Below, in pieces: positions 57,601-64,000 of a DNA stretch of 64,000 nt. Position numbers and translations under genes: made by a program. The DNA comes from Nitrospira sp. GTDB taxonomy: Bacteria; Nitrospirota; Nitrospiria; Nitrospirales; Nitrospiraceae. The DNA lies in NCBI GenBank assembly GCA_047150005.1, contig AP038806.1:3456001-3520000 (forward strand). Direction: 5' to 3'. Below the pieces are notes generated by a model. It did no database searches and was not told where the DNA came from. It saw only the letters and a list, made by a program, of their open reading frames with translations. Each line of letters starts with the position of its first letter. Position 1 is the first letter of the stretch.

Positions 57601-60369
57601 TCAGGCTTCCAGCATCGCCCGCAGCTGAGTGGCGCTGCTGGCGAGGATGGTCCGGTCGCCGCGGAGCGTGCGGAGTCGCTGCTGGTGATCGGCAATCACC
57701 TCGGGGGGCGCCTTGGCGGTGAATTCCGCGTTGCTCAATTTTCCTTCCAACCGACCGATCTCCTTGGCCTGCTCGTCCTGCTGCTTGAGGAGGCGATCGA
57801 GCGCTTTCTGGACATCGACGTCGTCGGCCACCGTGATCGCGATGGTGAGGCCTTCCGTGACCATCCGCAGTCGTTTCACGGTCGAACGATCTGAATCCTG
57901 CTCGATCGTTCCTCGGCCCAGATGCGCGATGTACGGATGAAGGGTCTCCACCTGTCGTCGCCGGACCGAATCGTCGTGGGTGACGACGAATCGGATCGGC
58001 TGTGCCGGAGGATAGCTCAGCAGCACCCTCGCAGTGCGGAGCAGACTCACGGTGTGGTCGAGCAGCGTGAAGCGCTCCTCCATGTCCGGTGCCGCCCAAG
58101 AAGCAACGGGAACCGGATAGGGCCGCGTCATGACGCTGTCCCCGTCGTGGGGGAGAGCCTGCCAAATCTCCTCTGTGATGAAAGGCATGAACGGATGCAG
58201 GAGGCGCATGATCGTTTCGAGCGTGTCGGCGAGCGTCTGTCTGGTCGCTTGTGCCTCCTCCGCTGCCGCGTCTTGGAGCGCGGGTTTGATCATCTCGAGG
58301 TACCAGTCACAGTACTCGCGCCAGATGAACTGGTACAGCACCATGGCCGCCCGATCGAAACGGTATGCCTCCAACTCGTCGCTGACAAGCTGCACTGTGT
58401 GGTTCAGACGGCTCATGATCCAGCGATCGGGAAAGGACCGCTCGGAAACGGGCTTCGATATGCGGGGCTTGTCGAGATGCATATGGGCAAAACGAGCCGC
58501 ATTCCAGATCTTGTTCGCAAAATTACGGTACCCTTCGATCCGGTCTTCGGCGAGCCGCACATCCCGACCGGGGGATGCCATCGAAGCCAGCGTAAAGCGC
58601 AGTGCGTCGGTGCCGTATTGGTCCATCACGTGGAGCGGATCTATCACATTGCCTTTCGATTTGCTCATCTTCTGTCCCTCGGCATCCCGCACGAGGGCGT
58701 GAATGTAGACGTCGCGAAAGGGCACCTCTCCCATGAACTTCAGTCCGAGCATGATCATGCGGGCGACCCAGAAAAAGAGGATGTCGAGGCCGGTCACCAA
58801 TGTCGAGGTGGGGTAGTAGGTCTTCAGCTCAGGTGTCTGATCGGGCCATCCTAAGGTCGAGAAGGGCCAGAGACCGGATGAGAACCACGTGTCGAGCACG
58901 TCGAGATCTCGCAGCAGTCTTGTGCCGCCGCAGGTAGGGCAGTTCGAGGGGGCGGAACGCGCGACGATCGGGCGGGCCGTCTTGGTGATTACGATTCTCT
59001 CACGGCCGCCGGCTTCTCCAGAAGGTCCCTGGGTCTGATGCGTGAGAATCGAATCAGCATTGCACGCCAGGCAATACCAAGCCGGGATCTGATGCCCCCA
59101 CCAGATTTGGCGCGAGACGCACCAGTCTTTGATCTCCCTCATCCAGCCCAGATAGTTGTTCTTCCAACCCTCGGGGATAATCCGAATTTTTCCGGTTTCT
59201 ACCGCCTCGATGGCCGGTTCCGCGAGCGGATGGATCCTCACGAACCATTGGGGAGACAGATAGGGCTCGACGATCGTCTTGCAGCGGTAGCAATGGCCGA
59301 GGGCCATTTTGTGGTCCTCGGTTTTCTCGAGAAGGCCGCGCTCGGTGAGTGCGGTGACAATCAACGTCCTCGCTTTCTGCACCGACTTCCCTTCCAGTTG
59401 AACGCGGAGGTCCTCCTCCACCTCGGCCTCACGCAATCCAGAAGAATCCATTCTGGCCTGTTCGTCGTACAGAGAGAGCCGCGGAAGCCGATGCCGTTCG
59501 CCGGCCTCGAAGTCGTTGAAGTCATGCGCGGGGGTGATCTTGACCGCACCGGTTCCGAACTCCAAATCAACGAGCACCGGATCGGCAACGACGGGAATCC
59601 GGCGCGCGGTGAGCGGAAGCAAGACATGGCGCCCCACCAGTTGGCGATGGCGAGGATCCTCGGGATGAACCGCCACGGCCATGTCACCCAGGAGCGTCTC
59701 GGGTCTTGTCGTGGCGACCGTCAGAGACAGGGCGGGCTCGTCCGCCAGCGGGTAACGGATGTGATAGAGCTTGCCCTTGACCTCCTCGTGCTCGACCTCG
59801 ATGTCCGATAGAGCGGTCAAACAGCGCGGACACCAATTGATGAGCCGTTCGCCTCGGTACATCAACCCATCCTCGTGGAGCCGGACGAAGACCTCGGTTA
59901 CGGCTTTCGAGAGGCCGTCATCCATCGTGAAGCGGAGCCGGTACCAATCGCAGGACTCACCGAGCTGTTTCTGCTGGCTGATGATCTTGTTTCCTGACGC
60001 GGCCTTCCATTGCCAGACTCGTTCGATGAAGCGTTCGCGACCGAGCGTTTCCCTGGACGATCCTTCCGCCAGCAGCTGCTTCTCCACGACGTTCTGGGTG
60101 GCGATACCGGCGTGATCGGTGCCGGGAAGCCAGAGCGTATTCCGCCCCTGCATCCGCCGCCAACGCACCAGAATGTCTTGCAGGGAATGATTCAGTGCAT
60201 GGCCGACGTGCAGCGAGCCCGTGACATTCGGCGGAGGAATGACGATGGAATAGGGGAGGCCCGGACGATCAGGCGACGTGTGGAAATAGCTCCGGTCGAT
60301 CCATATTTGGTACCACCGTGCCTCCACCGTTTTCGGATCGTAGGTCTTGTCGAGTTGGCGGGTCGTCAT
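57601..60369 (-). CDS. valS: Valine--tRNA ligase
   Basis: PPPNVTGSLHVGH, DVLDTWFSS and KMSKS motifs. Confidence 0.99.
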   Translation of the reverse strand: MTTRQLDKTYDPKTVEARWYQIWIDRSYFHTSPDRPGLPYSIVIPPPNVTGSLHVGHALNHSLQDILVRWRRMQGRNTLWLPGTDHAGIATQNVVEKQLLAEGSSRETLGRERFIERVWQWKAASGNKIISQQKQLGESCDWYRLRFTMDDGLSKAVTEVFVRLHEDGLMYRGERLINWCPRCLTALSDIEVEHEEVKGKLYHIRYPLADEPALSLTVATTRPETLLGDMAVAVHPEDPRHRQLVGRHVLLPLTARRIPVVADPVLVDLEFGTGAVKITPAHDFNDFEAGERHRLPRLSLYDEQARMDSSGLREAEVEEDLRVQLEGKSVQKARTLIVTALTERGLLEKTEDHKMALGHCYRCKTIVEPYLSPQWFVRIHPLAEPAIEAVETGKIRIIPEGWKNNYLGWMREIKDWCVSRQIWWGHQIPAWYCLACNADSILTHQTQGPSGEAGGRERIVITKTARPIVARSAPSNCPTCGGTRLLRDLDVLDTWFSSGLWPFSTLGWPDQTPELKTYYPTSTLVTGLDILFFWVARMIMLGLKFMGEVPFRDVYIHALVRDAEGQKMSKSKGNVIDPLHVMDQYGTDALRFTLASMASPGRDVRLAEDRIEGYRNFANKIWNAARFAHMHLDKPRISKPVSERSFPDRWIMSRLNHTVQLVSDELEAYRFDRAAMVLYQFIWREYCDWYLEMIKPALQDAAAEEAQATRQTLADTLETIMRLLHPFMPFITEEIWQALPHDGDSVMTRPYPVPVASWAAPDMEERFTLLDHTVSLLRTARVLLSYPPAQPIRFVVTHDDSVRRRQVETLHPYIAHLGRGTIEQDSDRSTVKRLRMVTEGLTIAITVADDVDVQKALDRLLKQQDEQAKEIGRLEGKLSNAEFTAKAPPEVIADHQQRLRTLRGDRTILASSATQLRAMLEA

Positions 60370-60544
60370 GCATGCCGTTGCAATAGGCGGACGCATCTTA
60401 GCACGCGGATGGACCCCTCTCAAGATTCCGTCAAGGCGCACACGCTTGAGGAGCCGGGGTCCCTGTGCTATACAGTCGCGCAGCGAGCCGGAAGGAGTTC
60501 CGGTTGGAGTTCACACATCTCTTCAGTCACTAGGGAGAGCATCC

Positions 60545-60658
60545 ATGGCAACCGGTCGGGAAAAGGATCGTAAGACGAGGAAGAAGCACCGCAAGAATGT
60601 GAAGCGGAAGAAGGCGCTGGCTCAGGCTCGGCGTGGGAAAAAGGGAAAGAGGGGCTAG
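60545..60658 (+). CDS. 37-aa highly basic small protein
   Basis: MATGREKDRKTRKKHRKNVKRKKALAQARRGKKGKRG; RBS GGGAGAG; TGCTATAC -10-like element upstream. Confidence 0.7.
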   Translation: MATGREKDRKTRKKHRKNVKRKKALAQARRGKKGKRG

Positions 60659-60674
60659 CGGTTGTCTCTGACCG

Positions 60675-61817
60675 TTATGCGGCTTCGGTCAGCCGTTTGA
60701 GTTCGTTCTTGACCTGCTCTTCGGCAATTCCGGGAACCAGCTCCAACACCGTCTGCTGAACGTGGTCGTTTGCCGCTGCGCGCACCAAGTCCTCGGCCAA
60801 CGCTTCCGCTTTTGCGGTTGCAGCTTTTCGTATCTCTTGTGTGATCTCGTCGTCGATTGATCTCAGGTGCTCCCGCACGGCCGCCGGCACGGCGACCTTG
60901 ATGGCTTGTTCCTGTTCCCGGGCGAGCAGATCAACCCGGTCCTTGATCAATGGGGTCGCGATTTCGACGATCCCGTTCCGGATGATGGGTTCCAGCGCCG
61001 GCAACTCCCGGGAGAGCACGTTGGGCAATTCCTTCTTGATCAAAGGCTCCAGGAGTTCGGCCAACCGTTCCTGCGTGAGCGTCGCAGCCAGTTGCTGCCT
61101 TGCTTCGACTTCGACCGCCTTGGATACCTGCACGGCCAGGTCTTTGGCGATCATGTCCGGCAGGGCTTCCGCGATTTTTATCTTCGCCTTTTCGGTCATG
61201 GATTGCATGAGCTGTCCGAACAGCCCTTTAATCGGATCTTCCGGTTCGGCGGCCGGTGTCTTGGCCGAGGGGGTGGAGGTCATGGCAGGCTCCTTCTGCA
61301 CAGGCGGCGGTATAACCTGGGCGACAATTTCTCCGGTCTGGTCGTCATCGGCGAGAGAGTCGGTGACATCATCGTCATCGGAATCGGTGGCGCTGGACAC
61401 CGGCGGCCACACGCGCCGCTTTTTCTTGGTCCCGTTCGCTGGTGCCGGCTTGCTGCGATCGAGATCTTTGATGAGATCGAGCAAGTGCTCGGTTTGAAAC
61501 GGTTTCTTCAGGAAGGCCTTGACGCCCAGAGTCCGCAAATGAGATTCATCGAGGCGATCCGCCGCGCCGACCAGGGAAATGATGAAGGTCTCGGAAAGCG
61601 TGTCCAGCTTGTGAACTTCCTTGCAGAATCCCGAAAAGGTCATGTTGTCGAGGTGATAATCGGCGATGATTAGGTTGGGGCCTTGCTTACGGGCGGCCTC
61701 CAGCGCCGTCGGACCGTCCTGGAAGCCAATGACTTCGTAACCTTCAGGCGTGGAGATCTGTTCGACCATGCGACGCACGGCCGGGCTGCTGTCGATGATG
61801 AAGATGGTGGATGACAC
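60675..61817 (-). CDS. Response regulator with acidic/Pro linker and helical C-terminus (RomR-like)
   Basis: REC domain (IIDSS, IIADY, KKPF); C-terminus LVPGIAEEQVKNELKRL. Confidence 0.8.
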   Translation of the reverse strand: MSSTIFIIDSSPAVRRMVEQISTPEGYEVIGFQDGPTALEAARKQGPNLIIADYHLDNMTFSGFCKEVHKLDTLSETFIISLVGAADRLDESHLRTLGVKAFLKKPFQTEHLLDLIKDLDRSKPAPANGTKKKRRVWPPVSSATDSDDDDVTDSLADDDQTGEIVAQVIPPPVQKEPAMTSTPSAKTPAAEPEDPIKGLFGQLMQSMTEKAKIKIAEALPDMIAKDLAVQVSKAVEVEARQQLAATLTQERLAELLEPLIKKELPNVLSRELPALEPIIRNGIVEIATPLIKDRVDLLAREQEQAIKVAVPAAVREHLRSIDDEITQEIRKAATAKAEALAEDLVRAAANDHVQQTVLELVPGIAEEQVKNELKRLTEAA

Positions 61818-61929
61818 ACAACCTTCCAATTTTATTAGACTATATCGAAGCTAGCAGGGGGGAAATTCTTTGTCAAGAAAGTGGGCGATCGATGCTGCCT
61901 CTTGCTCCATCCTCTGCTGAGAAGTGCCG

Positions 61930-62649
61930 ATGAGTACGCGGGTGAGGGTCGTCTTTTTTGACGCAGCCGACACCCTGTTCCACGTGAACGGGACGGTGGA
62001 AGAAATCTATCTTCGCCTCGCAGTGGAGTTCGGATTCAAGGAAACGAGGGACTCACTCGCGGCGATCAAGCAGGCGTTCGGCCGGGCGTTTCGTGAAGCG
62101 CCGCCGCCGGTCTTTGCGGCCACTGAACCTGCGCAGATCAAGCGAAGTGAACGTCTTTGGTGGTTCGACATCGTCCACAGCGTCTTCTATCGAGTAGGAA
62201 TTTTTGAGCGATTCGACGACTTTTTCGACCGGGTCTTTGACGTCTTCGAAGATCCGGCCTCCTGGAGGCTGTTTCCCGAGACGCGCGCGACATTGGATCA
62301 ACTGCGGACGCAGGGCGTCGAGCTCGGTATCATCTCCAATTTCGATTCGCGCCTCTTCGCCGTATTGCGGGGGCTGGATATCGCGCAGGCGTTCAATACG
62401 GTGACGATTTCCAGCCTCGCGCGTGCGGCAAAACCCTCCGCCAAGATCTTCCAGCTTGCAATCGACAAGCATGCGGTGGATCCGGGCGAGGCTCTCCACG
62501 TGGGAGACAGTCCGAGGGACGATGTAGAGGGTGCAGCGAAGGCGGGGTTGAAGGCGCTTCTCCTTGACCGACGCGGCCGATATCAAGACTCGCACATGCC
62601 GGCGATCAGAACACTCGACGAAATTCCTGCCTATCTGGCCGATCTATAG
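61930..62649 (+). CDS. HAD-IA family hydrolase (REG-2-like)
   Basis: FDAADTL, ISNFD, KP and HVGDS...DV motifs. Confidence 0.92.
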   Translation: MSTRVRVVFFDAADTLFHVNGTVEEIYLRLAVEFGFKETRDSLAAIKQAFGRAFREAPPPVFAATEPAQIKRSERLWWFDIVHSVFYRVGIFERFDDFFDRVFDVFEDPASWRLFPETRATLDQLRTQGVELGIISNFDSRLFAVLRGLDIAQAFNTVTISSLARAAKPSAKIFQLAIDKHAVDPGEALHVGDSPRDDVEGAAKAGLKALLLDRRGRYQDSHMPAIRTLDEIPAYLADL

Positions 62650-63414
62650 CAGAAGCGGCACAATCTCTTTGGCGCGCCCGCGCAGAACCAAGTCGACGAG
62701 CCCGGATTGCGGCGTCGGCTCCGGGTTGATTTCCGCGACGAACGCACCAGCCTCCTTGGCTACCGCCGCGAATCCGGCCGCCGGATAGACGACGCCGGAT
62801 GTTCCGATCACAAGCAGGACGTCGCACTGCTTGAGCGCTGCGGCGCATTGCGTGAGGTCTTCATGCCTGAGCGGCTCGCCGAACCAGACGATATGCGGGC
62901 GGAGGAGACCGCTGCAGTACCGGCACAGAGGGAGCAGCGGGATTGGGACGAGGCGATTTTCCTCGATCCGTCCGCACGTGGTGCAGCGGACCATCCAAAT
63001 GTTACCGTGGATTTCCGAGAGTTGTTCGGATCCAGCCGATCGATGCAGTCCGTCGACGTTCTGTGTGATAAGCCAAAAGCGACCGATTCGTCGTTCGAGC
63101 TCCGCGACCGCATGGTGAGCCGGATTTGGCTGCTTGGACGCGATAAGCTCTCTTCGCCAGTTGTACCACTCCCAGACCAGCCGCGGATCGCGGGCAAATG
63201 CTTCGGGAGTGGCCAGGTCCTCCGCCCGGAAGTTGCGCCATAATCCATCGGCCCCGCGAAACGTCGGTACCCCGCTGTCCGATGAGATGCCTGCGCCGGT
63301 CAGCACGGTGACGGCCTTCGCTGCGGCGAGTGTGGATTTCAGGATGGCGAGGTCCGACTTCAAGGAAGCATTCTCGTTCCGGACGCCGAGCGCTGCGTCA
63401 TTCGTGCGCACCAT
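62644..63414 (-). CDS. cobB: NAD-dependent deacylase (class III sirtuin)
   Basis: GAGISSDSGVPTFRG, TQNVDGLH, HG, two CxxC and GTSGVVYPA motifs. Start uncertain. Confidence 0.96.
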   Translation of the reverse strand: MVRTNDAALGVRNENASLKSDLAILKSTLAAAKAVTVLTGAGISSDSGVPTFRGADGLWRNFRAEDLATPEAFARDPRLVWEWYNWRRELIASKQPNPAHHAVAELERRIGRFWLITQNVDGLHRSAGSEQLSEIHGNIWMVRCTTCGRIEENRLVPIPLLPLCRYCSGLLRPHIVWFGEPLRHEDLTQCAAALKQCDVLLVIGTSGVVYPAAGFAAVAKEAGAFVAEINPEPTPQSGLVDLVLRGRAKEIVPLLL

Positions 63415-63455
63415 GCTATAGTAGCGGCACAGTGAAGGCAATCACCGGAGACGGC

Positions 63456-64000
63456 ATGACGCACATCATGATAGTCGGTGCCGGTTCGGTCGGAGGCTAC
63501 TTCGGGGTCCAACTGGCCAAGGCGAATCCCGACGTTTCATTCCTTTTGCGACCCAAGACGCTCTCCGCGGTCAGACAACATGGATTGACGGTGCGGAGCG
63601 CGGGCGGCACTGTCACTGTGCGCCCTCGAGCATCCTCCGATGCTCGAGACCTTCCAAGACCGGATCTGATCATCCTCGGCGTGAAGGCTTATGATCTCGA
63701 CGAGGTGATGGACCAAATCGAGCCGGTGATCGACGACCACACGGTGCTGCTCACGCTTCAAAACGGGATCGACACTGAAGACCGGATTATTGCTCGTTTC
63801 AAGCGAGACTGTGTGGTTGGCGGAGTGGCCTTCATCTATTCCAAGATCGCGGAGCCGGGTGTCATTGACCACTACAAGAAAGGGACGGTCGCCATCGGGG
63901 AGTTGATGGGACACGAAAGCGAACGTCTCCTGCGGATTCGCGATGTATTCGCGGCAGCGGGCGTGCCGTGTCAGCTGTCCAAGGATATTCGGCGCAGCAA
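63456..64000 (+). CDS. panE: 2-dehydropantoate 2-reductase (runs off the window)
   Basis: Manual translation MTHIMIVGAGSVGGYFG...LGVKAYD...LTLQNG; RBS GGAG. Confidence 0.92.
   Translation, partial: MTHIMIVGAGSVGGYFGVQLAKANPDVSFLLRPKTLSAVRQHGLTVRSAGGTVTVRPRASSDARDLPRPDLIILGVKAYDLDEVMDQIEPVIDDHTVLLTLQNGIDTEDRIIARFKRDCVVGGVAFIYSKIAEPGVIDHYKKGTVAIGELMGHESERLLRIRDVFAAAGVPCQLSKDIRRS

Noticed and set aside
43146..60441. Extended starts for ruvX, mltG, deoC, coaX, nadC and valS in the ORF track
   Set aside because: The extensions overlap neighbouring genes or lack homology; starts were moved to where family motifs or an RBS begin. The 86-nt ruvX/mltG overlap looks like a simple tail extension.
1..64000. 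CRISPR array, tRNA, rRNA, prophage or integrase
   Set aside because: No regularly spaced repeat-spacer units, cloverleaf or rRNA signatures, or phage genes were seen by eye; the short repeats found have no spacers.

Overview
High-GC bacterial chromosome segment, most likely Nitrospira/Nitrospirota (inferred from gene content and protein style, no database search). It has three parts. (1) 1-11.5 kb, accessory and partly lower GC: a minus-strand cluster of secreted proteins (haemagglutinin-like start, Cys-rich lipoprotein, subtilase, two paralogous beta-sandwich proteins, one broken by four IS elements), toxin-antitoxin modules, a duplicated 111-nt structured leader, and three paralogous 28-aa membrane microproteins that each have their own sigma54 promoter (one absent from the ORF track, two only inside longer ORFs). 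(2) 11.9-25.2 kb, the highlight: a probable sigma54-driven five-gene operon. It encodes a FadL porin, a membrane patatin lipase, a ~1760-aa alpha-dioxygenase/membrane-repeat/lipoxygenase fusion, a RoxA-like diheme cytochrome c and a V4R-like/GAF histidine kinase. This looks like a complete oxylipin import, release, oxidation and sensing system. (3) 25.3-64 kb, mostly core genes: sixA, two tmk-like genes, ppx, Cld/ChdC family, cinA, thpR, recA, recX, alaS, ruvX, mltG, deoC, divergent deoB, RidA, rsmE, dnaJ, dnaK, grpE, coaX, birA, nadC, valS, RomR-like regulator, cobB, panE. No rRNA, tRNA or CRISPR array was seen.
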